From Balanoglossus misakiensis (lineage: Eukaryota; Animalia; Hemichordata): a DNA stretch of 64,000 bases. The stretch spans positions 62,001-126,000 of the forward strand of contig JBECUI020000031.1 of the NCBI GenBank assembly GCA_040954595.2. The letters are read 5' to 3'. The position numbers and the translations under genes were made by a program. Under the pieces are notes generated by a model. It had not been told where the DNA came from, made no database searches, and saw only the letters and a list, made by a program, of their open reading frames with translations. Positions 11,285 to 21,925 of this stretch are shown here, in pieces. Within the stretch, counting starts at the first letter, position 1. Each line of letters starts with the position of its first letter.

Positions 11285-12082
11285 TCAGACTTTTACAAGC
11301 GTAGTTATAGTAGAAATCTTCTCCTCCCATTCCGGGGATATTACTTTGGATATTTCCTTGCTTGTTATAACAAGATCAAAAGCTTCCAGAGGAGCCACAA
11401 AGTAAGGATATACTTTGCCGAATTTGGAATGGTCCACCAGGAGAAGTTTTCGGGCACTAGTTTGAATAGCCGCCCTTTTGGCGGAGACTTCAGAAACGTT
11501 ACGGCAGGTGACTCCCAGTTTTTCATCTACTCCTGCGGCACTGGCAAAATAGGTGTTGGCTCGAAAATTTTTCAACAAAGAAGCTTCTTCAGCAGAGTAG
11601 AAGGACATGGACTCTGGTTGAAAAAGTCCACCGGAAATAAACAGACTGTCGGTCACCAAAGAATTGACCAGAAGAGAGAGTATGTTGAAGGTAAAGCAAT
11701 ATATCTTAAGGTTAATACATCTATCGTCAAACGCAGAAACCAGGTACTCAGTTGTGGAACCTACATCAATGATAAGGGAGGACTCTGGTTGGATCTCTTG
11801 TACCCCTCTTTCGCCGATCCGCTTTTTTTCCGCTTTGTGGTGAGTGTATTCTCTTATAAGAGAATACTGGGTATTTGCTGGTACTGTGGTGAAAATTAAG
11901 CCATTTTCAATGGTAAATTCCTCTTTTCCCTCCAGATCCCGGCGAATGGTCATGGTGGAAACATCCACCAACTCGGCCATTTTCCATAAAGGTAAAAAAG
12001 GTTTTACCCGCAGAATACTTCGCAATTTTTCTATCCGAGAGTTTTTACTGTATCGTTCCATGCCTAAGAGTATAACATACAT
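11285..12082 (-). CDS. DeoR/GlpR-family transcriptional regulator
   Basis: HTH DVSTMTIRRDL, KAEKKRIG, IIDVGSTT and LLVDHSKFG motifs. Confidence 0.92.
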   Translation of the reverse strand: MYVILLGMERYSKNSRIEKLRSILRVKPFLPLWKMAELVDVSTMTIRRDLEGKEEFTIENGLIFTTVPANTQYSLIREYTHHKAEKKRIGERGVQEIQPESSLIIDVGSTTEYLVSAFDDRCINLKIYCFTFNILSLLVNSLVTDSLFISGGLFQPESMSFYSAEEASLLKNFRANTYFASAAGVDEKLGVTCRNVSEVSAKRAAIQTSARKLLLVDHSKFGKVYPYFVAPLEAFDLVITSKEISKVISPEWEEKISTITTLVKV

Positions 12083-12083
12083 G

Positions 12084-12901
12084 GATTCTTTTAATTCTAC
12101 CCATCATTTCTTCATGGATATTAGGAAAGGAAACTCTTCCTGCTATAATCCCGCTAAGAGAAGCTGTATATTTTTCCAATGTAGAGGAGGCCATTTTTCT
12201 CCGTTCTTTCAACACATTTTTGGAAGATTTGGAAACTTTGGAGCTAAGCAATCAATAAAAACCTTCTGGTATGCTCAGGCCCTATACTTTGTAGGAAGAT
12301 TTTACCAGAACTTACCTGATACCGATACCCTTATTGCCTTTTATCAAGAAAGGCTTAAAGGGCCCAAAGGATAACCCCATGGCCATTGCCGGTCCCATTA
12401 GGGAGGCCCTGCGGCGAAACTATTTTGTCCATTTCTATCCCGAAGGTGTTTTGAGCTGGCGGAGTCAGGAGCCAGGGCCCTTCTTGGATGGTTGTTTCTT
12501 TTTTGCTTTTTTTAATAATGTTCCCGTTATTCCCATCACAGAGGTGCTAAAAGAACGCCCCATTCGTCGACTGATTCCCTGGTGGCCGCCCCAGACAACC
12601 TTTGTTATAGGAGAACCTCTTCATCCAGAAACCTTTAGGAAAAAAGGTAGTTCCCGACGGGAACAGGTTCGCCATCTTTCTCTTGCAGTCCGAAACGTCA
12701 TAAAGAAGACCATAGAGCAAGAGGGGGGCTGCAGATTTCTTCCCGAACGGAAAAAAGCAGAATCGATTGAAAAATTTATGATAAAGTCTCAGGGAGAGTC
12801 TTCTTAGACTGACAGGCTTCTCATTTATTTCTATACAGCTGGATTTGGGGCCGAAAAAAGGGGATTTTCCCAACAAGGGCCAACTTATCCCCAAGTTATT
12901 A
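12084..12901 (+). pseudogene. Chimeric duplicated remnant: diverged copy of 2533-2811 fused to a near-identical copy of 3674-4212
   Basis: 12084-12361 matches the 5' part of the TPR-like gene (many substitutions, one indel). 12363-12901 matches the acyltransferase 3' half and its downstream DNA. The intervening 2812-3673 is absent. Confidence 0.9.
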
Positions 12902-12996
12902 ACAATGATGCGCCAACGTCATAGAAAGCTTTTTCTTTTCAAATTCATCTTGTATTAAGGAAAGCAGATAAAAAATTCTATCTGCCCTGATTGTGC

Positions 12997-13350
12997 TTAA
13001 TATTTCTCACAATTCTCCTTCAATTCACTTAAAACAAAAATCTTTAAAACCCTACTCACTTCAAAAAAGAAAACAATCAAAGAATAACAGAGAACACCCA
13101 TGGAATGACAACTCAAGGAAAGACCAGGACGATAAACCAGAAACTTCCATGGGAGAAAATTCTCTGTTTTAAAAAGGGAACCAAAGAATAAACTGAATTT
13201 TATGTTGAATTGAGCTGTAGAGCCTACACGGAGATCATTGAACAGACTTAAAGCTATGAAATAGCTTAATTCTTTTTCTGTTAAAGAGTTACAATGTAAT
13301 GCTATGGATCCTTTTGACTTTAGACACTCAGGAATGACCTTAAGCTCCAC
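12997..13350 (-). CDS. Doubtful hypothetical ORF in an AT-rich gap
   Basis: 117-aa ORF only; no recognisable motif. Confidence 0.2.
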   Translation of the reverse strand: MELKVIPECLKSKGSIALHCNSLTEKELSYFIALSLFNDLRVGSTAQFNIKFSLFFGSLFKTENFLPWKFLVYRPGLSLSCHSMGVLCYSLIVFFFEVSRVLKIFVLSELKENCEKY

Positions 13351-13658
13351 TTAAAACCTTTTTACTCTGCTCAATTCCAAAGCCCACAACTCCAGTAAAA
13401 ATTTTACTCATGCTAATTCAGAAGCAGATTTATGGGCCCAAGTTGCTAAAGCAGCCCGGAAGAGCGGTCCTATTATTAAAATCCACCGAGGTTTTCCTTT
13501 AAGGGGGGCCCTAAAGCATCCCTTGGTCGTCATAGATGTGAATATTCTGAAAAAATAAACAAAATCCTGATCAGAAACTCAAATTTTAACGGGGTTTAAA
13601 GGTACTGAGAAAAAAATGGAAAGAAGAAACTACTGTTAAGTTCACTATTGTCCATAAC

Positions 13659-13667
13659 TTATCCACA
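13659..13667 (+). promoter_or_regulatory. Perfect DnaA box TTATCCACA
   Basis: Exact consensus; degenerate boxes adjacent (TTGTCCATA at 13648) and near 12885-12904. Confidence 0.4.
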
Positions 13668-13722
13668 GAAAACCTTACTTAAGAGAAAGCTACCCTCCAT
13701 CGGAAAAAAAAGGAGGCTAAGC

Positions 13723-14529
13723 TTAGGTCTGCACTCCCCAGGAACGAAGTTTTTCGGCTATAAAACTAACGACTTCCCGATGCTCTTTCCGGCCCTGTCC
13801 CGAAGGTAATAGAGAGGAACCAAACTCAATATAAACCGTCTGATCTGAATTTAGAGGTCCGAAATCCTTAATGAGTTTTCCATTGCCCCAAAAATCAGTT
13901 CTTAGAGCCACAGGAATTACCCGAACACCAGCTCTGACTGCCAGTTTGACGGCCAAGGAATTGAATTGAGCAATGTTGAACGAAGAGTTGCGGGTTCCTT
14001 GAGGAAAAAGAATAATGGAGACTCCAGAAGCAAGAAGTTCCTTCCCCTCCTTCAACACCGTCATGAGATCTTCCATAGGATGATGCCGTTTTACAGCAAT
14101 AGTTTGAAGACGGCGCAGCACCTCTCCAAAGAAGGGAACCTTTAAAAGAGATGTTTTTACCACAAAGGTCATGGGAATACGGGAAGCTATCAATCCTGGA
14201 AGTACATTGACCTCCAGGCTGCTCATATGGTTACAAGCAAACACATAGGGACCTTCTGAGGCTGGGAAAGAGTCCAAACCTTCTATATGAAAGTTTGCCC
14301 CGTTGTTTTCGGCAATTCTTATGCAGCGGCGCGCCTGAAGAACCACGAATTTTTGGGGGTTCTCCCGATAAAAGGGAATTCTAATGCCGGACCAGATAAC
14401 CAACAGAATGTAACGAAGATACATTCTTACAGGGTGTCCGGCCAAAAACCCCTTAAGGGCTTTTTCCCGACGCTTTAGAGATGTGTAGTAAAAACTACCG
14501 GAAATATCAGGCAAAGAGGAAGTTTTCAC
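13723..14529 (-). CDS. plsC: 1-acyl-sn-glycerol-3-phosphate acyltransferase
   Basis: CNHMSSLE, FVVKTSLLKVPFFG, LFPQGTR and VIPVAL motifs. Confidence 0.85.
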   Translation of the reverse strand: MKTSSLPDISGSFYYTSLKRREKALKGFLAGHPVRMYLRYILLVIWSGIRIPFYRENPQKFVVLQARRCIRIAENNGANFHIEGLDSFPASEGPYVFACNHMSSLEVNVLPGLIASRIPMTFVVKTSLLKVPFFGEVLRRLQTIAVKRHHPMEDLMTVLKEGKELLASGVSIILFPQGTRNSSFNIAQFNSLAVKLAVRAGVRVIPVALRTDFWGNGKLIKDFGPLNSDQTVYIEFGSSLLPSGQGRKEHREVVSFIAEKLRSWGVQT

Positions 14530-15342
14530 CTACACTCCTAGGTTCCACTGAGAAACCGTACTATCCAGAGGAAATTTAGACTCCCAGGATGCTTCTTCTT
14601 CAGAGGGAAGCTCATTGTAAGCCACCTTAAAATCCGTCAGCGAGACAAGAGTACCCAGGGCAGAGGGAAGAGACTTAAGAAGATTTTGAGAAAGATCCAG
14701 CTGCTTGAGATTCTGAAACCGCTGCATTCCCGGTGGTAGTAATCTAAGTCGGTTGCTCTGAAGGTTCAAGGCCACCAGCTGCTTCATCTGTCCGATGGAT
14801 TCTGGTAGATACTCCAACCTGTTGTAAGCCATATTCAAAGCTACCAACAAAGGAAGCTTGAGCAACTCCTCAGGAAATACTTTAATGCAGTTTCCACGAA
14901 GATCAAGGTATTTAAGTCCTTTAGCTTTTGCCAGATCTTTTGGAAGACAGGTAATCCCTATCCCAGAGATGGTAAGAGATTCCAACCTTGGCAGGGTGAA
15001 AATCGCCTTGGGAATGCGGAATTTCCCCGCAAGATGCTTACGTTGAAGAACTACCCGAACAACCCGATGCTTCAACAAAAAAGTGTCTGGGGCCCTTCCT
15101 AGAAGCTCATAGAGAGCATAGATAAGGGAGGCACTTGCTTGGTCATCATAAAAAAAACCTTTGGGTACCAAGCGCCCTCGGTCATCAATGATACACTCAA
15201 AAAAAAACTCTTCACAAAGCTCCTCAAAGTTGTCTTTGTCTTGGAGCCCGGCAATAAGCTCATCAATCCCTTCGTAGGGAGCAGTCATGAAAGTATCGTG
15301 CAAACGTCTAATCAGTTCATTTCGCTCTGCAACCGCAGTCAT
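14530..15342 (-). CDS. Leucine-rich repeat protein (typical LxxLxLxxNxLxxLP class)
   Basis: Repeats LKYLDLRGNCI, LVALNMAYNRLEYLP, LVALNLQSNRLRLLP and LKQLDLSQNLLKSLP; RBS AGGAGG. Confidence 0.9.
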   Translation of the reverse strand: MTAVAERNELIRRLHDTFMTAPYEGIDELIAGLQDKDNFEELCEEFFFECIIDDRGRLVPKGFFYDDQASASLIYALYELLGRAPDTFLLKHRVVRVVLQRKHLAGKFRIPKAIFTLPRLESLTISGIGITCLPKDLAKAKGLKYLDLRGNCIKVFPEELLKLPLLVALNMAYNRLEYLPESIGQMKQLVALNLQSNRLRLLPPGMQRFQNLKQLDLSQNLLKSLPSALGTLVSLTDFKVAYNELPSEEEASWESKFPLDSTVSQWNLGV

Positions 15343-15399
15343 ACTCCTCCTTATTTATTTAAAGAACAGTATAATAGAATATTAAAAAGAATGAAGCCT

Positions 15400-15612
15400 T
15401 CAGTTTAATTCCCAAGGATCGCCCTCCAATGGCTCTTCCTCAACTTCAGTGTTATACTGGCGATCCCAGGCTTCACTATCCATGTCGTTATAAAAATCAC
15501 TCCAATCTTCGTCTAAGTTCTTCTCAGTATCTTCCTGGTCGTTTTCAAGATTTTCCAGATCCTCCAAGGAGATATGCTCTTCTTCGAGTTGATCGTCAAA
15601 CTCCTCAAACAC
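15400..15612 (-). CDS. Small highly acidic hypothetical protein
   Basis: 70 aa, D/E-rich, preceded by GAGGAGG. Confidence 0.6.
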   Translation of the reverse strand: MFEEFDDQLEEEHISLEDLENLENDQEDTEKNLDEDWSDFYNDMDSEAWDRQYNTEVEEEPLEGDPWELN

Positions 15613-15935
15613 GCGACCAGCCCTCCTCGCTGCATTTTATTCTTATACAAATATCCCTTCAAAAGGAAAATACAAAATCATTTCAGACCTGCCTCAATAA
15701 AGCTCAATCCAAAAAAGAGAATACCGATAATTCAAAATGAAGGAAGAATTCCTTCGAAGGAAAAAATATGCATCAATATGATAAGTTAAGGCAAGATATT
15801 ATTGTTATTGAACGAAAACTTCCCATTCTCAACGATATTTTACACGAACTAAAGACAAAGCTTCCCACAGAAGATTCCCATGGAAAAACCGCTAATACCC
15901 AATCTTTCTCAAGCTTCAATCCCATCAAAAGCCGT

Positions 15936-16427
15936 TCAGTTCAACTTAATAGCATCGGCTCCTCCCAATCTGATTATGGCTTTGCGAAGATCCTCCACAT
16001 GGGGCTTTAACTGCACTTTGCTTACTGGGGAATAGATAAGAGATTTGCTAATACCCAGAATTGCTGCCTGACGATGCCAAGCCGCCGCCACATGGCCGGC
16101 ATCTTCACCTTCCCCAGCCGCTTTCAAAAGGATTTCTCTAGTCCGGTAGTTCCATTGTTTCAAGGTGTTCTCTTCGAGCCGGGCTCCCAATTGGATCTGA
16201 GGACTTCCCCTCAAAGTTAGCTTCACATTATAGGAGAATACCTTAGCCCCCAGCTCCTTTAAACTTGCTTTGTAACCCAGGCTAAGATCGAGGGCAGCTC
16301 CTACAAGCCGCTCAGACTCCTCTAAAACCCTTAGGATCATGTTGATGCTGGGAATAAACTGATCACGGCCTTCACCGACATCAAGCAGGAAAAACTGTAT
16401 GCGGTAGATAACAATTAGACACATCAA
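15936..16427 (-). CDS. Hypothetical protein
   Basis: 163-aa ORF co-oriented with and directly downstream of the fusA operon. Confidence 0.55.
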   Translation of the reverse strand: MMCLIVIYRIQFFLLDVGEGRDQFIPSINMILRVLEESERLVGAALDLSLGYKASLKELGAKVFSYNVKLTLRGSPQIQLGARLEENTLKQWNYRTREILLKAAGEGEDAGHVAAAWHRQAAILGISKSLIYSPVSKVQLKPHVEDLRKAIIRLGGADAIKLN

Positions 16428-16450
16428 GTTTCAGAGACCAACCTTTTTTC

Positions 16451-17163
16451 TCAGACCTCCGCAATAAGCAGAGTCCTGGGGTCAAGTCTCAACGGCAGGT
16501 CTTCTTTATGGAGTGTTTCATGTTCCTTAGTAAGATACATATGAAGGTAGTCTTTTTCCGCCTTCAAGGTCACAATGACATCAATATCGTCAAGAAATGG
16601 AACGAGGTTCTCAGGAATACCATTCTCATTGAGCACCGGCCCGTCAATACCCTCCCGATGGTAGGAGTCCGTAAACCATAACTCTACGCTTTTCCTCTTG
16701 GCAAAGCTCTTAAAGGACTTCATCTCAGAAACAGAAGTTGCTGTAAAGTCAAACCCGTCAATCACTACTGTATCTGTATTGAGATGTCCGTTATTCATCA
16801 TCGCTTCAAGGCTGACAAGGACCTGATCGACACCTATGTCGTTCTGGCTGAAATTCATGATGACCCGATTGCGGATAAGCTCATCATGAATTTCCATTGC
16901 ATTTTCTAGATTGCGCTTCTTACTGATTTCTGTAAAGATATCTTCGTACCAATTAATAATATGGTCTACCCTCTTAGCATAAGAAATATGGATAACATGT
17001 CTGTCAGCCATGAGCTTATCCGTGGCAATATGAACCAGACAGGCCGTTTTGCCTATACCCTGACGAGAGGCAATCACCCGATGTTTCCCTTACCTACACC
17101 ACCATGTAATGATCTATCAAACACCCTTAACGGACTTTTTTCAAGAAGTTCTTCCTTAACCAT
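16451..17163 (-). CDS. RecA/KaiC-like P-loop protein downstream of fusA (indel near 17078)
   Basis: ASRQGIGKT Walker A and VVIDG Walker B. The N-terminus MVKEELLEKSPLRVFDRSLHGGVGKGNIG starts right at the fusA stop, in a shifted frame. Confidence 0.75.
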
Positions 17164-19251
17164 TCATTTCTCCCTGTTTCTTCCTGATTTCTCTACCTCA
17201 GATTTCTTCATTAGCTCGTTGGTCAGAGACTGGGGCAATCTGCCGTACTTGGAAAATTCCATGGAGAACTCCGCTTTACCCTGAGACAAGGAACGCAAGA
17301 CCGTGGAATAACCAAACATTTCGCTCAAGGGTACCTCCGCTTCCACAGAACAATTTACTCCCTCTTCCAAGGCAGAAATGATTATGCCCCGACGTTGATT
17401 TATGCTAGCAAAAATATTGCCCTGGAATTCCGTGGGACCTTCCACAACCACCTTCATCAAAGGTTCAAGAATCCGGGGCTTGGCTTTTGTATAGACTTCC
17501 CGGAAAGACATGAGCCCCGCCGTAGAAAAGGCCAGATCCGAGGAGTCCACAGGATGATGCTGCCCATCAATAACAACTACCTTGACTCCTACCACAGGAA
17601 AGCCTAAAAGTCCTCCCTTTTTCATGGCTTTCTGGAAACCTTTATCGCAGGAGGGTATGTATTCGGTGGGAATATTACCTCCTTTGACCATGCTTTCAAA
17701 TTCGTAGTCGTTGTCTTCAAGCGGTTCTATTCGACCAATAATCTTAGCATACTGTCCGGCACCTCCGGTTTGCTTCCTGTGGGTGTAGTTAAATTCGGCA
17801 ATGCGTCCGATGGTCTCTCTATAGGCTACCTGCGGAGCTCCGGTTTCTACGTCAGCCTTGTATTCCCGCTTCATCCTCTCTATATAGACCTCCAGATGAA
17901 GTTCTCCCATGCCCTGGATGATGGTGTCATTGGTCTCGCTGTCCACAAAGGAATGGAAAGTGGGATCTTCCTTAGTAAACCGGGCTAGAGCCTTGGCCAT
18001 TCTATCAGAAGAAGTCTTATCCTTAGAATTTACCGAAAGAGATATGACCGGCTTGGGAACAAACATGGAAGTCATGGAATAATTAAGGTCCCCCCCACAG
18101 AAGGTGTCTCCAGAGGCACAATCAATCCCAAAAAGGGCAACAATGTCTCCCATGTTCGCCTCGGAAATATCTTCCATGGAATCGGCATGCATCCTCACAA
18201 GTCTTCCCACTTTTATTTTGCGTCGAGTACGGACATTGATAAGCTCAGTTCCTTTTTTGATGCTGCCTTGATAAACACGGATATAGGTAAGCTGACCGTA
18301 CTGCCCGTCTTCCAGCTTAAAGGCTAGAACCACTGGAGCTTTTCCAGGTTCGGCAGAAAGGGGTTCTTCTGTTTCGTCCATATCCAGGTTCAAGGCCACA
18401 TTAACAACATCTGAAGGATCCGGCATGTACCGGACAATAGCATTCAGAAGAGGCTGGACCCCTTTATTTTTGTAGGCCGAACCAATATAAACTGGCACAA
18501 GGGCATTGCTCAGGGTTCCACGGCGAACAGCGGAATAAATAAGGTCTTCGGGGAATTCCTCGCCTTCCATGACTTTTTCCATTAAAGAGTCGTCAAACAT
18601 GGAAACGGCTTCCAGCAGAACCTCACGTCTCTGCTCAGCTTCATCCCGAAGTTCCTCAGGGATGGGGGCTTCCCGAACCCCGTAGTGTTCATTATCAAAA
18701 TAAAGGGCTTTCATGGTAATAAGATCCACAACGCCTTTGTGTTTCTCTTCTAAGCCGATAGGAATTTGCATCATTACCGCATTGAGATCCAACTTTTCCA
18801 CAAGCTGTTCCTGAACCTTATAGGGATCGGCCCCAGTACGGTCAACCTTATTAACAAAAGCCAGTCGAGGTACTTTGTAGCGTTTGAGCTGCCGGTCTAC
18901 GGTAATAGACTGGCTTTGCACTCCTCCCACAGAACAAAGGACAAGAACCGCTCCATCCAGAACCCTCAAGGCCCGTTCCACTTCAATTGTAAAGTCTACA
19001 TGTCCAGGAGTATCGATAATGTTGATTGAGTGGTCCTCCCACTCTACATTGGTAGCTGCCGAAGAGATCGTAATTCCCCGTTCTTTCTCTAACTCCATAG
19101 AATCCATGGTGGCCCCGACACCGTCTTTTCCCCGGACCTCGTGAATGGCGTGAATCTTCCGGCAGAAAAAGAGGATTCTCTCCGTAAGAGTTGTTTTGCC
19201 TGAGTCAATGTGGGCACTAATGCCTATGTTTCGTAATTTTTGGATTTCCAT
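17164..19251 (-). CDS. fusA: Elongation factor G
   Basis: [41 protein letters not shown] and PQVAYRETI motifs. Confidence 0.98.
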   Translation of the reverse strand: MEIQKLRNIGISAHIDSGKTTLTERILFFCRKIHAIHEVRGKDGVGATMDSMELEKERGITISSAATNVEWEDHSINIIDTPGHVDFTIEVERALRVLDGAVLVLCSVGGVQSQSITVDRQLKRYKVPRLAFVNKVDRTGADPYKVQEQLVEKLDLNAVMMQIPIGLEEKHKGVVDLITMKALYFDNEHYGVREAPIPEELRDEAEQRREVLLEAVSMFDDSLMEKVMEGEEFPEDLIYSAVRRGTLSNALVPVYIGSAYKNKGVQPLLNAIVRYMPDPSDVVNVALNLDMDETEEPLSAEPGKAPVVLAFKLEDGQYGQLTYIRVYQGSIKKGTELINVRTRRKIKVGRLVRMHADSMEDISEANMGDIVALFGIDCASGDTFCGGDLNYSMTSMFVPKPVISLSVNSKDKTSSDRMAKALARFTKEDPTFHSFVDSETNDTIIQGMGELHLEVYIERMKREYKADVETGAPQVAYRETIGRIAEFNYTHRKQTGGAGQYAKIIGRIEPLEDNDYEFESMVKGGNIPTEYIPSCDKGFQKAMKKGGLLGFPVVGVKVVVIDGQHHPVDSSDLAFSTAGLMSFREVYTKAKPRILEPLMKVVVEGPTEFQGNIFASINQRRGIIISALEEGVNCSVEAEVPLSEMFGYSTVLRSLSQGKAEFSMEFSKYGRLPQSLTNELMKKSEVEKSGRNREK

Positions 19252-20174
19252 GCCTATAATATTTGTTTACCTTACGTCCTTTCTTTCCTACTTCCCAATA
19301 GGCTGTATTACTATTTCCGTTTTACACCTGTGTAGTAGGTAATCGGAAACCAGCACAGTGTAGCTAATTCTTATCGGTTGGTCTACACAGTTCCCCTTGA
19401 AACAACAAACTATAATGTAAATTCTAATACACTTCTTAATTACCGTTTTGTATAGTCTGGCAAAAGTGAAACATTCTGGGCAAGAACAGTTATACGGCTC
19501 GCCTTCCCTAAAAATATGGTTATGACCCTATCTCCTACTCTGATCCAGGGAAGGCTTACCTGTCGTGATAGCCTTCACATGATCACCTTCAAAGGTGCGG
19601 ATTCTTCTCCTTAGATAAGTTCTCTTATCCAGAATATTACAAGACTTTATTGAGAGATTGACTCCATGAGGAAAAACCCTCTGGTCTTGCTTAACGACAA
19701 AAAAATCCCAGGCCTGGACCACGATTTCTTTATGCTGGAAATGACTATGAAGATGAATCGCTAAAAAACTGTTGAACCCCTTATGCCTATGTTATCCATA
19801 GGGGAAAAGTTAACCCGAGTCAAAATAGGTATGTCGACAGAATCAGTCCTCTGCCAGAAAGCTTAGCGAAGCAGTACTACATGCGGCATGTGTAGCTCAT
19901 GGAAACTACCGACCATGGCTTCCCTGACTTTCCGATGAGCACGGTGAGAGCTTCAGATAAAAAGATTCGCCAAGAACTGTTTTTTGTAACAGAAATTCCC
20001 ATATTGACTCGATTTGTCCAGACCCCTTGAATTCTACGGTTGCCGTTATGTTAAAAAGGCTTCTATCTTACTCTCCGCAGGGCCATAAAGTGTCCTTTAT
20101 CAAGAAAAAAAAGAATTGTTAGCAAAATTTTTTTATTAACTTGATCTTTCGTTCAGCTTAATATAGTATGGACC

Positions 20175-20723
20175 ATGGAAAAGCTATTCTATTCGTACAA
20201 TCAAATTCATAGCATTATCAGAGTTTTAGCTCGGACGATCCAGAAAGACAATCATGACTTTGACCACATGATTGCCATTGGTACGGGCGGCTTTATTCCT
20301 GCTCGAATAATGAAGACCTACATCGACTGTCCCATTATTACCGTAGGAATGGCCTACTACGACCTAAATGGCAATAAAAAAGAACATCCTGTGCTTACCC
20401 AATGGCTAGATAAACCTGAAGAACAAGTTACGGGGCGCCAGATCCTTTTGGTAGACGAAATCGACGATACCCGCTCGACGATAGGGCTAGCCTTAGAGAA
20501 GCTTTTGGCCTACAACCCTCAAAAAATCGCCGTTGCCGTGATACACAATAAGAAGAAGCCTAAGACCCGAAGCATTCCTTCTGAAATTAAAAATTACTAT
20601 GTGGGCCAAGAAGTAAAGAACTGCTGGATCTGTTATCCATGGGAAAGTGAAGATATCCATGATCAGGAAAGACAGGACTATTGGGTCAATTCTCCAATTG
20701 GCAATTTAGAGAACAGAGCTTAG
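20175..20723 (+). CDS. Type I phosphoribosyltransferase (xanthine/hypoxanthine PRT-like)
   Basis: AIGTGGFIPAR, PRPP loop ILLVDEIDDTRST and WICYPWE motifs. Confidence 0.88.
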   Translation: MEKLFYSYNQIHSIIRVLARTIQKDNHDFDHMIAIGTGGFIPARIMKTYIDCPIITVGMAYYDLNGNKKEHPVLTQWLDKPEEQVTGRQILLVDEIDDTRSTIGLALEKLLAYNPQKIAVAVIHNKKKPKTRSIPSEIKNYYVGQEVKNCWICYPWESEDIHDQERQDYWVNSPIGNLENRA

Positions 20724-20948
20724 ATTCTTGGGGAGATGTTTTTAAAACCATCTCCGGTCATCAGTTTGTTTAACTTCATGGTAACCAGTGCTAAGGGAAG
20801 CCGTATCCAAGGTAAGGTAAGAGGCCATCGTACTGGGACTGTGTTCTCCTCCCTCCAAGGCAAGCATCATATTACCCTTCAATGTCTGGAACATCTTCTT
20901 GTTCCTTCCTCAAAGAAAAAAACATAAAAAATTCATATTTTAGACATC

Positions 20949-21037
20949 ATATATCTAAATAATATATATTCCCCTGGTATATATTATTCAGATAGTGTTA
21001 TATTACTTAGATAGTGATATATATTATTTAGATATAT
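20949..21037. promoter_or_regulatory. Operator-like array: perfect 21-bp inverted repeat plus internal direct copies of TATATTAyTyAGATA
   Basis: 20949-20969 ATATATCTAAATAATATATAT is the exact reverse complement of 21017-21037; further copies start at 20980 and 20999. Confidence 0.7.
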
Positions 21038-21179
21038 ATGCTGTCGATTTGGAGGAATGCAACGAAATTCCCCCAACAGACAGAAGGTGATTAAGGAGTT
21101 TTGTGCTCAACGCTTCACAGTGGAGAGCCGAGCACGAAAAATTAAGCCTAGAGGCATAGAATCTTTTGGAGGTTCAATA

Positions 21180-21914
21180 ATGAAAAAATGGGGATTGGTA
21201 GTAGTGTTCGCAACTGCCGCTTTGACGGCCTGGACTCAGGAACTGATATGGGGAAGCTTTTACGACAGAAGTTCTGACATTGAAGAAGCTCTGTCGGTTC
21301 CTCTTAATTCTCAGGATGCAACAGAACTTAGAAGAGCTGGCGTCTACTTCTTTTCTTCTGCCCACGGAGCTACGGGTTTGGAGATTGATCAGAAGAACAG
21401 GGAAAAGAATAGCACCCGAGCCATCGAGTATCTGCAGGCAGCCCACACTCTGGATAGAAGAGATTCCAGAATTACAACGTGGTACGCCACAGCTAACCTG
21501 GCGCATGGGGGTTACAGCAAGAAAATATCCGACAAAATCAAATATAGCAACAAAGGGATTAGTCTTTTTGACCTGGTCCCAACTGCAGACAGGGAGAAAC
21601 TGGATTATCTTTTTATGCGTGTAGCCTCCTATACCAATGTTCCAAAAAGCTTCAAAGATCTGACTAAAATTGTTCAAAACGATGGGAAGAAGTACCTTGC
21701 TTCCTTTGAGAAACTTCATGAGACCGATCAAGAATTTCATCGTTTCCTAAGGGACTCTGTTCTAGTGGGTCTGTCCAATTCTTACTACACCACAAGGAAC
21801 AAGGCTGAAGCAAGAAAATACTTGGCGATGGTAAATGAATCGCAGCTTATGGAAAATAACCCCAGAGATTCCAGCATTGTTCAGCTTTATTTGAAATTGA
21901 AAAAGAAACTGTAG
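21180..21914 (+). CDS. Secreted TPR-like hypothetical protein
   Basis: RBS GGAGG, signal peptide MKKWGLVVVFATAALTAWT, helical repeat character. Confidence 0.7.
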   Translation: MKKWGLVVVFATAALTAWTQELIWGSFYDRSSDIEEALSVPLNSQDATELRRAGVYFFSSAHGATGLEIDQKNREKNSTRAIEYLQAAHTLDRRDSRITTWYATANLAHGGYSKKISDKIKYSNKGISLFDLVPTADREKLDYLFMRVASYTNVPKSFKDLTKIVQNDGKKYLASFEKLHETDQEFHRFLRDSVLVGLSNSYYTTRNKAEARKYLAMVNESQLMENNPRDSSIVQLYLKLKKKL

Positions 21915-21925
21915 GAGGTAGTTTT

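Noticed and set aside
11177-11899. 240-aa + strand ORF
   Set aside because: Antisense to the clear DeoR regulator; no motif.
20020-20060. Purine riboswitch upstream of the PRTase (TTCTAC...CCGT)
   Set aside because: The P1-P3 stems and the conserved TATAAT/ATATGG elements could not be found.
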